Both the position numbers and the translations under genes were made by a program. From contig OX597818.1 of the NCBI GenBank assembly GCA_951406725.2, positions 116,188,001 to 116,252,000 of the forward strand: a DNA stretch of 64,000 nt. Reading direction: 5' to 3'. Below the pieces are notes generated by a model. That model did not search any database. It was not told the origin of the DNA and was given only the letters and a program-made list of their open reading frames with translations. Shown here in pieces: positions 25,957 to 41,030 of the stretch (position 1 is its first letter; every line of letters begins with the position of its first letter). The DNA comes from Octopus vulgaris. Taxonomy: Eukaryota.

Positions 25957-25993
25957 CGCATGCAAATATATATGTGTATATATATATATATAC

Positions 25994-26032
<39 letters not shown>

Positions 26033-26049
26033 CACACGTATATATATAT

Positions 26050-26080
<31 letters not shown>

Positions 26081-26217
26081 CGTGTATATATGTATATGTT
26101 TATTTGTATAAATCATATATATGCCGGCGTATATATACATTTTTATAAATACGTATATAATCTGTGTTACTATACAAGTGTGAATGCATCTAATATACAG
26201 TAATACATTTATATACG

Positions 26218-26248
<31 letters not shown>

Positions 26249-27614
26249 ATTTATATATATATATATATATGAGTATGTGTGTGTGTGTTTATGCGTTGGT
26301 GTGTTGGTGTGTTGGTGTGTTAAAATTCTGGAAACATGAGATAACAGCCAGAAGATATTTGATGAATGAAATGTCTCCGCTATCTCTCTGCCTGAAGACT
26401 AACTAAAGAAATCTCTTCACAGACTCATTGATCAATTATTGCCAGCAGGTGACAATAGCCAGATTTGGTAATCCTTCAAATGTTTGTTGATAAGCATTTT
26501 ATAAACTTAAATGACCACTGTAAGCTAAGAACCAAAAAATCTAAAAAACTCTAAAACTGAAAAGCTCAACAAGAACATATAAGTAAAAGTTTCAAAACAC
26601 GCTGTTCATACAAATACAAGAAACTGCACTCAATACAAAGCGATGTAATGTAAATTACTTATATTTGAAACGCCATGATTTCTATTGTAAGTTTTCGTAC
26701 TGGAGCTGTTTGTCAACCGTGGCGGCTTATTATAAACAGACGTCTTTTCTAATCGCACAGTGTACGAAACGAATAGCAGAAAACGATTGCTGATGGCCGT
26801 CTCGCTCAAATTTCGTACATCGAAATTTAGGATGATAGCTCGATTTTTGGAAGGATAAAAAAATTGCATTTCTTAAGGATGGTAGACATTTCAGTAAATT
26901 TTCCAATATTCGAAATAATTCTTCTAGAGAGAGAACTATTGAAAATCTTTTGAGAATGGGGACTAATTTTGGAGAATGGGACGTTTTAGAATTGTGGAGG
27001 AAATATTGGCAAGGTCAGTTAATTTGATGCGAACTGACAAATTCTTGTGTTTTTTGTTTAGTTCCAAGTGAGTGATAGTCGAGTAACTTTAACCAAAATT
27101 GTCGGAGCCAAGACCAACAAGTATATTGTGTTGATTTAGTACTACTGAGCCCTTTCTGTTTTAAAACATTTCTGGGAAATATCATGTTAATGACTTTTGT
27201 AATGTAAAAGAGGAGTAGAGACGAGCATAGTGTGTATATATGTATATATATAAATTTAAATTTAAAATGAGGGTGAGAAATTAGATATAAATTTAATTAA
27301 CATCGATTTCACACCAGTGGTCTAGCATATATAAAAAAAACTGAATGTTCAGTAAAATTGTATGCAATTCTGCAAATGATATTCATTTGGACGGTCACAC
27401 CGAAGATCTACGGATAGCTTACGTAAGTAAAATTACGTAATATGGTGATAGTGAAACATGTATGTAAAAAATCCATATTTTTATTGCTTTTCTTTTGTCT
27501 TGCTCGATTACGTTTTGATTGTTTTGCTGAATTTTTCTGGAGAACATTTCTTAGTGGTAAACCATAGCGGATCTATTTCTAGCATAAGGGTGTCCACATA
27601 GTGGTTTCCCTCTA

Positions 27615-27656
<42 letters not shown>

Positions 27657-28381
27657 TTATCCTTGGTGATGTATGTGTATATTTATATATGTATAAGTGT
27701 TTGCATACATGAATATATTAACGTGGAAAAAGACTGTTAGATAGGCAGATATCTGTGACAGATAGATAGAGAAATATCGAGATAGATAGATAGAGAGAGA
27801 GAGAGAAAAAGAGAGAGATTGGAAACGAAAGCAACATAGAAAGCGTAAGAGGACTCTTAATGAATACTATTTGTTCAATTGTCATCAATAATGATCTTTC
27901 CATGAGAAAAAGAAAAGACATCGTATAATTTATAGAAGTTAAAGCATATTTGTGTGCAAACCTGTGAGCGTGGATTTATGCAAGCGTGCCTCAGTATGAC
28001 GTGAATGAGTGTGTGTGTGTGTGTGTGTGTGTGTGTAGCTAGGGGGAGGACCAAATCTGTCAATCAAGAGAGCAAAAGAGAGAGACAGAGGATGGAGAGA
28101 GATTCGGTCATAGAAAGATGATGACGGCAAGCACCAACAATCAAGTACATTTGTTCATTTGTCATTAGTTATGATCTTTTCAGCAGGAAAAAAGTTAATG
28201 CATGGTTCAAGAAATGGCTTTAATATGGCAGCACATCAGAGTCACCTTTTTTTTTATAAATGGGAATATGAACGCATAACCGAGTCAAAGAGAAAGAATA
28301 TCGCAAAAATTCAACTAAGTATTGATATAAATTTCGAGGAAACTACAGATTCATTACATTTTGAGCGTGTACCGACTTCTT

Positions 28382-28461
<80 letters not shown>

Positions 28462-28477
28462 CATACATACATTTCGC

Positions 28478-28615
28478 AATGATAGATCGCTACCCAATAC
28501 ACATTCATTTTCTCTCCCTGTTTCTTTCTGTGTTCCTTTCTGTGGAAAAGCGTAGGCTCGAAACGTTAAAGAGTCTTTCACTTCCCGAGCGTTAAACTAA
28601 TACATCTGCTTGCTG
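28478..28615 (+). mobile_element. Same repeat family (CUGUGGA variant at 28536-28572)
   Basis: cttt-CTGTGGA-A-AAGC-gtag-GCTC-GAAACGT-T-aaag, followed by gagcgttaaactaatac. Confidence 0.65.
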
Positions 28616-29873
28616 TCAAATTCAGTGGAGGTTGACTTTACCTTTCATTCTTTCGGGGTCGATGAAATAAAGTATCAGTTGAGCACCTTGAGCACCTCCT
28701 CCTCCTTCGATATTTGAAACCATTATTCAATAATTTGGTGTCGATGCTATCGATTATCTCCTCTCACAAAATTTCAGGCTTTGTGCCTATGAGAGAAAGG
28801 ATAATTAAAGTGGAACATCGTTAAGTGAGAGATCTCTCAGTGAAATATTACTGTGTAATGAATACAACCGGTGTAATGGCATGACTTAGATTATTCTAAA
28901 CAGCCCATAATGACTTAAATCACAGCGAAAAGATATGAACTCAAAAGATTTAAGGACTGTAGCAAAAGACACTTAATCCTCCGCTCTTGCAGTTCAACCA
29001 GCTTATTGCTTTCCTTTCTTTTATTCCAGTCTAACTACCCTCGTTTAGAAAACATCTCCGTAATGTCACCGTTGTCTTCTATAACTAAGTTAGGAGAGGA
29101 GCGGAACGTGGTATATAATAAAACAATAATACGCCAAAGGGTTTTTGTCTCGTAATCATTGTAAAGAAACAGATTACATTTAACAAACAAGCCTAAACCG
29201 GCCATATTGAAATAGTTAATGAAAGTGTAGCTTGGCACATTTTACTTTTGTTAGCATTTTCTCTTTATTTTCCTTCTGCTTAGGTGGTATAGCAAACATT
29301 GTAATAATAAAGGCTGTAATTCCATTGCTTTGATAGCAACAGTCTCTATAACATTCCTAGGCCATCTGTCATTTGCTCTGCTATTGTAATGCCGTAAATA
29401 TCTTAAATTTTCCTTGCTTTTATTCAGTAGCTTTGTAAACTAATTTTTCTTGTGTATGTTTAATTATTTGCAGCTTTTCATCCTGCTTCTCAAAATCGTC
29501 TGGTCAAGCTTAGTTACCAACAACTGAAAATCAACACTGGCGCCAGAAACTCTGGACACAAGCTATGGCAGTAATTTGCCAAATCAAACGTGATGTCTAG
29601 CTGGGTAGTATTAAAATTACATATGTAGCTAATTGGATACTCATAACGGTTCCATGTAGAGGAATTCAAGTGGATATTTTCACAAACACACTGAAACTTT
29701 ACATGACACAGTCACAAAATCTCGAATGTTACACACAAACACACATGCATATATATATTTATATTTATATGTAGATATATTCATATGTGTGTCTATGTTT
29801 ATGTGCATATACATACATATGCATATATATATACATATATATATATATACTTATACATTACATGTATACTACA

Positions 29874-30258
29874 TCTCTCTCTATATATAAAGCTGAAGTT
29901 GTCTGTGTATGGCAGGTTTGGTAGCCTTCAACTAACACTATCTCCCCCGAGACCCTGCGGCGCAAGTTGACCAAAATTGAGAGTATGATAGAAGAAGGCT
30001 TGCTTTTCATTCCGTAGAAGAAAAAATTCAAATCAGACCATGTTAACACCAAAAATTATTTACATCAAAAAGGTGCTTTTCTTCTATGAAAACTCCTATT
30101 TTTTAATGATTTTTTGACTGCTGTGTCGCCATTTTTCGGTGTATTTCAACCAGAAAAATGTTCACTTAAAGAGAATAACAAGCTACTTTTTACTTTTCAA
30201 CAATTTCCAATTCTAAAGGGTCGAAACAAACCCGAGCAACGCCTGGCGATACTGCTAG
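29874..30258 (+). mobile_element. Non-autonomous Helitron-like element
   Basis: Starts A|TCTCTCTCTATATATAAAG and ends with an imperfect hairpin cccgagcaacgcctgg (30231-30246) followed by CTAG|T. No TSD. Confidence 0.78.
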
Positions 30259-31142
30259 TATATATGTAAACATATATTTGTTAATATACATTTGTGCGGG
30301 AGGTATGAGTGTGTGTGTGTATGTGTGTGTGTGTGTGTGTGTGTGTACGTGGGAAATATACATACTTTTCCGTGTTTATCTATGTATACTAACAGCCATA
30401 CCCTGCTTTTTTTTCGGGCCGTTTAATACCAAAGTAATCAAATGATTTCAATTGGAAATATGTTGGTTAAATACATCTGCAGAACATGCTACCTTCACTT
30501 CATCTGGGAATGTTGGTTCATACCCATTCGGAGCATACATTTATACATTGACTCACGTTTATGTGTATACGTGCCGTGTATGTAAGTGTGCATGTATATA
30601 TGTATAGGCATATGTAAATAATGTAGTGTAAGGATGATCATACTAAAACAAGATGCAAGATGTTTCGTGTACGTTCGATAGCAGCACACTTGTGAGATTT
30701 GTATGCTATGGATTTAAATTGAACACATCAAAGCATGGCTACCCCGGACGTCCTGTGCGCAAAGCCTTTGTCTTCTTGTTTTGTCTTGAGACAGCATTCA
30801 TCCGGGGTGGGTTGAGGTAGCTTCATTCATCTTCAATGCAGCATCTCTCACAAACCCCGACCTGGGCTGGCGATTTGAGGCTAACGATCACGTAATCTCC
30901 AATCACTCCTTATTCCAGCGGTGAACGCCGTAGACATGGAGGCCTAGGTTGGGATCCAGATCAGCCTTGACTGTCATCAGCCAGGTTTTTCGTTAAAATG
31001 AATAAAGGTATATTTGTTACGAAGGCGGACACGGTGGTTATTAAAGGTAAATTGTACACGGATGGGAACTTATGACAACGTACCGAAATACTATTTTCTT
31101 CACCAAATCGAATTAGCATTCAAGTGGAGGAAATATATACGA

Positions 31143-31215
<73 letters not shown>

Positions 31216-31649
31216 GGAGGTATAGTGAGTTGGAAGCAGTTTACTAGTGCAAGTGCAGTCAGCCGAAAACCTCGAGAACCGGATGGGTCATCAGGATAGA
31301 ATGTGCATCGATTGAGGGTTTTTTTCTCAACAGATTTACAGCACACCGGTCCTGATCAGCAATGTGAGGCTCTAGCTACTGGTTCCACTGACTAGAAGTC
31401 GATCCCATGTTCATATACATATATATATAATTATTATTTGAGGGAATATAAATCCAAACTTACAGGGAAAAAAATTCAACTTAGAAATACTAAATCAAAC
31501 TTCACACTATATATATTCAGATGAATTAGGTACTTAAATTGAAGTACCAAAAATTAGTGCGGCATTATCAGTACAACTCAAAATAAGGTGAATACAATCA
31601 AAATAAGCAACAAGATATCCAGAGGTGATGCATATCCTGTTGCTTATTT

Positions 31650-31700
<51 letters not shown>

Positions 31701-31701
<1 letters not shown>

Positions 31702-31893
31702 TTTTATTCTTTTACTTGTTTCAGTTATTTGACTGTCGCCATGCTGGATCACTGCCTTTAGTCGAACAAATCGATCCTACGACTTCTTCTGTGGAAGCCT
31801 AGTGGTTTTTCTATCGGTTTCTTTTGCCGAACCGCCAAGTTACGGGAACTTAAACACACCAACATCGGTTGTCAAGCAACACAGGCGCACTCG

Positions 31894-31933
<40 letters not shown>

Positions 31934-31966
31934 CGATGAGCTTCTTTTAGTTTCCGTCTACCAAAT
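31701..31966 (-). mobile_element. Family-B SINE 3' portion
   Basis: tttacttgtttcagt...gccgaaccgccaagttacgg...(CA)n...agtttccgtctaccaaatcc. Confidence 0.82.
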
Positions 31967-32480
31967 CCTCTGCCATTTGCACGTTAATTTCATGAGCACT
32001 CTGTTCCGTTGGTCTAATCAACTGAAAACCTCGTCGTCGCAACCGACGGAGTGCCAGATATTAAAAGTGTTTTGTTAAAATAACATTAGTCTCCTTTTAA
32101 AATAAAATACATTTTATTACATTAATGATAATAAGTCATGACTAATAGCTATATTTTTAGCTAATTGGATCATTTATTCCAGTTAATTTAAGCTATAAAA
32201 CATAATCATAAACAAGGCAACTAAATTTTATTTTCGTAACACTGTTTCCGACATATCAAAAGGAAACGATCGTATGACGGTGAATAGAACAGAGAATAAT
32301 AACTTCACAAACAAATTATGAGATCATAAATGAACATAAAGCTGGAAGAACCTTTTAGGATTAAGATTCTGAATTTTTCTTTTGTCAGACAACTGCTTCA
32401 ACGATTTTAATCGATAAAGGAAAATTCTTGAATGAAATTAAAAATATGTTGTGCGTGTAGTCTATGGGGGTAAATAATAT

Positions 32481-32710
32481 ATTTCTTTACTACCCACAAG
32501 GGGTTAAACATAGAGAGGACAAACAAGGACAGACAAATGGATCAAGTCGCTTACATCGACGCCAGTGCGTAACTGCTACTTATTTAATCGACCCCGAAAG
32601 GATGAAAGGCAAAGTCGACCTCGGCGGAATTTGAACTCAGAACGTAACGGCAGACGAAATACGGCTACGCATTTCGTCCGGCGTGCTAACTTTTCTGCCA
32701 GCTCGCCGCC
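32481..32710 (-). mobile_element. Full-length family-A SINE with a 17-bp TSD
   Basis: tatgggggtaaataata occurs at 32463-32479 and 32711-32727. Confidence 0.92.
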
Positions 32711-32790
32711 TATGGGGGTAAATAATAAAGCCCCCGATGAAACACTGACGGTTTCATTTAATGAGAAGTTAATTTCTTTGATTGGACAAC

Positions 32791-32940
32791 AGGTGCAGGT
32801 GTGGCTGTGTGGTAAGAAGCTAGCTTCTCAAAACGTTTCAAATCCACTGCGGAGTACCTTGAGCAAGTGTCTTCTATTATAGTCTCGGGTCGACCAAAGG
32901 ACTTATGAGTGGATTTCGTTGACGGAAACTGAAAGAACCC
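32791..32940 (+). mobile_element. Family-B SINE 5' portion
   Basis: ggtgtggctgtgtggtaagaagct...accttgagcaagtgtcttct...gacggaaactgaaagaa. Confidence 0.8.
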
Positions 32941-32992
32941 TCCCACTTTTAGTTCATGCAATTGAAAAAACCGCATTATTCATGGGATGACC

Positions 32993-33064
<72 letters not shown>

Positions 33065-33199
33065 ATAAGGTGGACATGTCCTACGCCGCCACGAAAGCCT
33101 AAGTCACGTGGAAGTGAGTCAAACAGCTGTTATATACATACAAACATACATACATACGTACATACAAACATGCATGCATACAAGAGGACATACATGGAC

Positions 33200-33430
33200 C
33201 ATTGATAAGGGGTTTGCAAATCTGGCCCCCAAGATATTTTAGCAGCTTTGTACCTATTATTATTGGAGCAACAGGATACATACCGACCATTCTGGAGCAA
33301 AGTATGACTGAACTTGGATTCTTGGAGAGAAAACGCAAACCCTTAATTCATAACGATACCTGGGACTATAAAAATCTGCATGACCCCCTTAAGATTTAAA
33401 GGATAAGGAACAAAACAGGATTCGTTCCTT
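33200..33430 (+). mobile_element. Fragment of an RLE-type non-LTR element C-terminus
   Basis: LIRGLQIWPPRYFSSFVPIIIGATGYIPTILEQSMTELGF resembles the PIIVGALG motif at 5641-5945. Confidence 0.6.
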
Positions 33431-33929
33431 CACAACCCTGCTAACAATTAGCTGGACGGTAAAATATTTTTCTAAATTAAAAAGAGAAAGAGGACACACA
33501 GACACACAGATACAGACACACACATACACACACATATGCGCACGCAAAGCATAACATATACATAAATTATTTATTGAGACTGTGGACGAAACATTGAAGA
33601 TAGGCAGATTTTAGAGAGAAAATATGACGAAGAATCCGTCGATAAACGAAAACAGGACAGAATAAATCTCTTAATGCGCAAGTTTAACGAAATGCAGGAA
33701 GCAGACTAATTCGTAAGAGTAAACAATGAACTATTAAGGGAAAGAGATATTAGATCACATATCTGTGGAGAAAAGTGGGTGGGGTGCTTCAAGTATTATC
33801 ATTCCATCCATCTATTCATCTATCTATCCTTCCTTCCATCCATTCATCCCTCCATGGACTCATCCCTCCCGTCCTCTCTCTCCCCCTTCATCCATTCATT
33901 CTCTCGTCCCTTTTTGTCCGTCTAAAGTT

Positions 33930-34226
33930 CCTGCGAAGGTCGCGGGAATAGATTCCCGAAGCACCTCTTCCATACTGTTCTATCAGGTGCAACCGCCATT
34001 AGACATTCCAGCTGGACTCCCAAGGGTGACCAAATGAGATTATGGATATCATCTTGGTCGAGCCCTAGATCTCTTGCCCTTTTACTCAGTTATAGAAAAC
34101 TGTGCTGCGATTCATTCCCGCGGCATTCTCACCACATGTCCGTAGAATAGGTGCTATGACCTCTCAACGTGCAGAAGTAGCGACTCTACCTGGAGAGAAT
34201 TTCTGATCTCCGAGTTACGTACCGTG
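33930..34226 (-). mobile_element. RTE-clade LINE C-terminal fragment
   Basis: The minus strand reads VRNSEIRNSLQVESLLLHVERS*HLFYGHVVRMPRE. Confidence 0.75.
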
Positions 34227-35500
34227 AAGAACACGCAAATTTCTTCCACACATACTATCTCGAATGGCTACGACTCAGCACCCACATCAAGTAGACCCCC
34301 AAAGAAAATACTTGGTCTCTCTCTTTGTCCTCTCCATATGCAACAGTGGCAACCCAAATATGAGAGACTTACTATTGTGGAGCACATTGTTGAATATATA
34401 TCTGGATAACACACTGGCATCCAATCGACAGACTGCATAAACACTGCGTAACTGTATGCAATTTTTTTTCTCTCAAGCTGCAAAACTAAAAATTGGTAGC
34501 CGCACTAACGAAAGGTGCATTCTAGAGAAATAATTACTAAGTTATTTTATTATGATTTTTCAATACAATTAACTAAGATAAACATATTTGCTGTCTCCAC
34601 TAAAGGCACGACTAAACTAGGTTATTAAATAGTTTTTGTGCACACAGACAGCTACTAATTTCTCTGGTCTCTGGTTTTAATTTTCTATTTTCTGAAGATA
34701 TCGTTTTAAATACACAATATATCCATTGCACATTTTCTAACATTTTGGTAATTATTAGCACTTTAGATTTTGGAAATGGGCAAAAATATAACCATTCCGA
34801 AGTAATGGAAAGAAGAAAATTTTGCCTGAAATATTGATGTATTGGATGAAAATATTTTCATATTAAGTGAACAACTGTCAATGGATTTCTACGTTTAAGC
34901 AAGAATTCTAATAAAACATTATAAAGAAATTAATTTTGTTTTCTAAATTAAAACATTAATTGCCTTATCGGAATTTTGATTAGTTTTTTGAAATTAATTT
35001 ACGTACATTTGAAAAAACTTATCTCTTACCTAGTAAATACGCAGATGTTTTCAATGGCAACGAGTATTATATCCTAACACTTCACCTTCGGGGAATATTC
35101 ACCGTTATTTAATTAGTAATACTATCAGAAAAAAAAGTATTTCTTAACCAGTAATTAGCCACTCAATATATAATCTATCGCACCACCGTAATCTTGCTGA
35201 TGGAAGAAACGTAGAGAGGCCTGCATTTGTCTGTTACTAAGAAAATCTGATAGATTAGTCATTACACCAGCTTTCGAAGTAAGCATCGGATATTGGAATG
35301 ATAAATCGCCTAACAAGATGCTCTCACTCATAACACACACACACACACACACAGACAGACAAACACACGTGTGTTCGTATATGAATGAAAATATGCATAT
35401 ACATACAAATATGTCTAAATGCATATATGCAATATGTGTATAAACGTTTTTATTTATCTATCAATCACTCTGTGTATGTATGTATATGTATGTATGTATG

Positions 35501-35539
<39 letters not shown>

Positions 35540-35576
35540 ATCTATCTGTATCTATCTATCTATATCTATATATCTA

Positions 35577-35643
<67 letters not shown>

Positions 35644-35968
35644 ATCTATGTATATATGTCTGTCTATCTATCCATTTAGATATATATGTTTACATGATTG
35701 TGCAAGTGGATATCGCCTTTCATAATTTCTACACTTCAATCATACAGATGAGATAAAGTAGTTTTATTTATTTCTTTTCTCATGTATCTGATTAACTGAC
35801 TTCGTTACACATTTGTCTTTATCCTGTGCTTTCTTCTACTTAGAATAAGAGAACGAGTAATAATCCCAACTTTCATATTTCTTTAACTATGCTTACAGGC
35901 GCCTAATCAACTTTAGTACAATATCGGCAGTTATAGAGTGAAACCTAAGCTACACACATGCAAATGAA

Positions 35969-36052
<84 letters not shown>

Positions 36053-36294
36053 TGATATGACTAAAACATCCAACAATTTGCATTCTGTTTTGCTGTTTAG
36101 TTAAATAGATGCAAATATGAAAGTATGAAAGCAGAGTGTAAAAAATATGAAAGGAAAACCGACCTAATAGAACTTCTACTATTACACTAAAATCCTGTCT
36201 TTCATACTTCTTTTTTTTTAAGTGTGTGTGTGGGGGTGGGTAGGGGAGTTGTAAAATATCTAATTTATTTGCATATTTTTACTTTATGGTTTCA

Positions 36295-36990
36295 TTACGT
36301 TCTAACTTCCAAATCTCCTTCAAGGTCAACATAGCCCTGTCGTCCTTCCGATGTCGTTCGGGTAGGTAACAGTGAAATCATGGAATTGCTGTAATCAACC
36401 GACCCCGTTCTATCCCTCAAAATTGCTGGCCTTGTGTCAAAATTAAAAATCGTATTGAATCTCTTCCATAAATGCAGCGGTTTGGTAGAATCGGTTGCAT
36501 GCCGAGGCTTTGCCTTTTATCCCTTTCTGGGTCGATAAATTAAGTATCAGTTGTGTACTGGGGTTGATCTAATAGAATGGACCCCTCTCCAAAAATGTTA
36601 GACTTTGTCTCTAGAGTAGAAAAGAACCGTTTGCATGCCAGACCAAATACATAGCGGAAGAAGTAACAGTGAAATCATGGAATTGCTGTAATCAACCGAC
36701 CCCTTTCTGTCCCTCAAAATTGCTGGCCTTGTGCCTAAGTTACAAATTCGTATTAAACCTCTTCCATAAAGGCGGCGGTTTGGTAGGATCGTTTGCGTAC
36801 TGGACCAAATAGTTAGCAACTTTTCTTCCGGGGTTAGTTCCGAGTTCTAATTCCTCTGCGGTCAAATTTGTCTTTTCATCTTTTCAGGGATCGATGAAAA
36901 ATGTTTCAGTCAAGTACTGGGGTTAATGTAATCAAGCAACCCTCTCCCACGAAGCGTCAGGCCTTGTGTGCCTAGCGTGGAAAGAGTTAT
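36295..36990 (+). mobile_element. Old diverged family-A SINE array with a local duplication of about 297 bp period
   Basis: taacagtgaaatcatggaattgctgtaatcaaccgacccc occurs at 36367 and 36664, with degenerate cores between and after. Confidence 0.65.
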
Positions 36991-37703
36991 ATAACTTCCA
37001 TCGACTAATTCAATGCCCGTACCATTATTTCTACTATTTTCGAAATTTCTCTGAAGCTATTTTATCGGCCATTTTCCTTTGCTTATTTATGCATTTTTCT
37101 TTCTTCATTTCTTTCTTTCATGACCGACAAAGTTCAGAAAGACGACATTAGACTCCAGTGAGTCGACGTCTCGAACTTATTTCCATCTTCGATTGAAGAT
37201 AGTTTTTCTACGTGCGTCACTGATGCTCTTGGTTAAAAATTTCTAAGTCATAACTTTTGAACGCTGCTTAAAAACGGACAAGACATGACATTAAATCAAA
37301 CGAAAACAAGCACTATATTCTGCTTTTGATTCTCTTCATTCGCTATAATTTAATTCATATATTAAAGAGGTGAGGGGACAAAAATACAAAAGCAACGTGC
37401 GTATATATACACACACACATACATACATACAGACGCCTGTTGTTATTTCTTGTTTGTATTCGTAATTCTGTACCATATTCTCCGCTTTTATTGTTTATTT
37501 GTTCTTTTTTGCCTTTGTTGTCGTACACATTCGCTAGCTTTCTCTTACAAAGGAGTCTAATGCACTTAGCTTAGACGTTTTTAGGGATAACCAGATCGAA
37601 CCATCGCAACAGTAACTGTCCGAAACAGTCCTGACTTCTGGTACCTGATTGAAGAAAGAAAACCAAGAATTACCCGTCTTTTTTGCCTGTCCTTCTAATT
37701 GTT

Positions 37704-37963
37704 TCATTTCGTCCAGCGTGCTAACGATTCTGACAGCTCGCCGCCCTGAATATTATATATATTTATTTCTTTATTGCCCATAGGGGGCTAAACATAGTGG
37801 GGACAAACAAGGATTGACAAAGGAATTACATCGACTGCATCGACCCCCAGTGCGCATCTGGTACTTATTTAATCGACCTCAGAACATAATTTAATTGAAC
37901 TCAGAACATAATGACAGACGAAATACCGCTAAGCATTTCGTCCAGCGTGCTAACGATTCCGCC

Positions 37964-38009
<46 letters not shown>

Positions 38010-38011
38010 TG

Positions 38012-38058
<47 letters not shown>

Positions 38059-38305
38059 CCTTTCTACTATAGGCACAAGGCCTGAAATTTGAGGGAAAGG
38101 ACTAAGTCGATTACATTAACACCAGTGCAAAAAACTGGTACTTATTTCGATCGACCCCAGTATGCAGCGGTTACTTAATTTATCGACCCCTAAAGGATGA
38201 AAGGCAAAATCGACCTCCGCGGAATTTGAACTCAGAACGTCGCGACGGGCGAAATGCCGCTAAGCTTTTCGTCCAGCGTGCTAACGACTCTGCCAGTTCG
38301 CCGCC
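37704..38305 (-). mobile_element. Rearranged family-A SINE cluster around an (AAT)n tract
   Basis: Head, core and tail segments are repeated; (AAT)n lies at 37964-38057. Confidence 0.8.
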
Positions 38306-38929
38306 TTAAAGCTAAGTGACGATAATAGATAACAAAGCTACATCTAAGATAAAACGCTACAAATTTTTGGCAAAGGTTACAGATGGTCATATAAAACTCG
38401 GTTGTTGATTGCTACTTATTTTATCGATACGGAAAGATGAAAAGTAAACTCGGACCCGAAGAGATCCGAACTCTAAACATAAATAGTGATTACTACAAGA
38501 CATTTTCCTCATTTTTTTTTTCTATCGATTCTGTCAAAGCCACCTCACTAAGTGATGATAATTAATAACATAAAGCAGTTTCTTTATTATTGCGATTCCC
38601 TTTATAGCAATTAATAAGAGAAACAAACATTTATTGAAACTAAATAGCATCAAAGTTTAGATTGGGTGATTGTGCGATCAATCATCGCGTGAGATTTATT
38701 TGCATCGATCAATAATTCTTTTGGTTATAACGAAGTAAAGAAGACGTACAGTGTCAAATAGACAAATGTTCACAATAATCATGAAATGTTGAAACTCTCT
38801 AAGCTATCGCCGAACAGCAAACAGACGCTGGCTAATTTTGTAAGAACGACTGTCACCGTTGAGTAGGCGAGAAGAGCGAGAGACAAGCGGGGGAGGAAGA
38901 AGAGGAGGGACAAAGCAGGAGCAAAAGCA

Positions 38930-39520
<591 letters not shown>

Positions 39521-40024
39521 AGAGGAATGTTAATAGAAATTTACCTTTTATGACAATATCAGGAATATCCAATTAAAATAAGTCCTCATAATTGCAGCTT
39601 AACTACAAGGTCCAGTAATTGATAAATACGAGGAACTGGGAATTGGACAGGTAATGCTTTCCGCCCCCACCCTTCTCCTCCCACCCGACGACAAACTCCC
39701 TGACATGGCAGGTGATGTGAAATAAATTTTAAAAGTGGGAGTTACTACTGGTTGCTCAACCTTGCTAGAAATAGTCAGTGCTTGAATCTCTATTAAGTTA
39801 CAGCCTACTGTCTTTAAATAAATAAATAAATAAATACATAAATAAATAAAAGTGAAGACACTTTAAAAGATATTTCTTTAGGGAAATATTAAATCTGAAG
39901 TAAAAAATATATAAAAAAACAAAACAAAATTTAAAATAAAATTTTAAAAAATAGTGATCGGTCAAAGCCGGAACGCTTTTTATTGTGGATTTGATTGATC
40001 AAGATTGGTCGGGGCTAAACAACA

Positions 40025-40055
<31 letters not shown>

Positions 40056-40207
40056 CAACAACAACGACGACGACAACAACAACAACATTGTCGTTGACGA
40101 CTATGACAACTGTAGCAAATGCGACAAAAAAACAACAGCAAAAAACAATAACAGAAGCAACAGCTACAGTTAGGACTACACTACCATCAATCCTGCAGCT
40201 GCTGCTG

Positions 40208-40263
<56 letters not shown>

Positions 40264-40277
40264 GCTACTACTACTTT

Positions 40278-41030
40278 TCTTTTATACTGTAGGCACAAGG
40301 CCCAAAATTTTTGGGAGAGGGGCCAGTCGATTAGATCGACCCCACTACGCAACTGGTACTTAATTTATCGACCCCAAAAAGGCTGAAAGGCAAAGTCGAC
40401 CTCGGCGGAATTTGAACTCAGAACATAAAGACAGACGAAATACCTATTTCTTTACTACCCACAAGGGGTTAAACACAGAAGGGACAAACAAGGACAGACA
40501 GACGGATTAAGTCGATTATATCGACTCCAGTGCGTAACTGGTACTTAATCTATCGACCCCGAAAGGATGAAAGGCAAAGTCGACCTCGGCGGAATTTGAA
40601 CTCAGAACGTAACGGCAGACGAAATACGGCTACGCATTTCGCCCGGCGGGCTAATGTTTCTGCCAGCTCGATGCCTAATAAATATTTCTACTCTACGCAC
40701 AAGGCCCGAAATTTTGGGGGGAGGGGCTCAATCGATTAGATCGACCGCAGTACACAAGTGGTACTTAATTTATCCACCCCGAAAGGATGAAAGGCAAAGT
40801 CGACTTCGGCGAAATTTGAACTCAGAACATAGCGGCAGACGAAATACCTGTTTCTTTACTACCCACAAAGGGCTAAACTCAGAGGGGACAAACAAGGAGA
40901 GACAGACATATTAAGTCGATTATATCGCCCCAGTGTGTAACTGGTACTTATTTTATCGATCCCGAAAGAATGAAAGGCAAAGTCGATCTCGGCGAAATTT
41001 GAACTCAAAACGAAATGACAGACGAAATTG
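40278..41030 (-). mobile_element. Two dimeric family-A SINEs
   Basis: Four cores, with junctions gaaatacctatttctttactaccc (about 40437) and gaaatacctgtttctttactaccc (about 40841). Confidence 0.88.

Noticed and set aside
30720-30990. GC-richer block, possibly a retroelement UTR (similar blocks at 55857-56040 and 62496-62540)
   Set aside because: No motif, terminal structure or second copy in the window to support a call.
32565-32882. Recurrent peptide RPRKDERQSRPRRNLNSE as a gene family
   Set aside because: It is the antisense translation of the family-A SINE core.
40370-41010. Regularly recurring gaaaggcaaagtcgacctcggcggaatttgaactcagaac resembling a CRISPR repeat
   Set aside because: The intervening sequences are homologous SINE parts rather than unique spacers. 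The context is eukaryotic and there are no cas genes.
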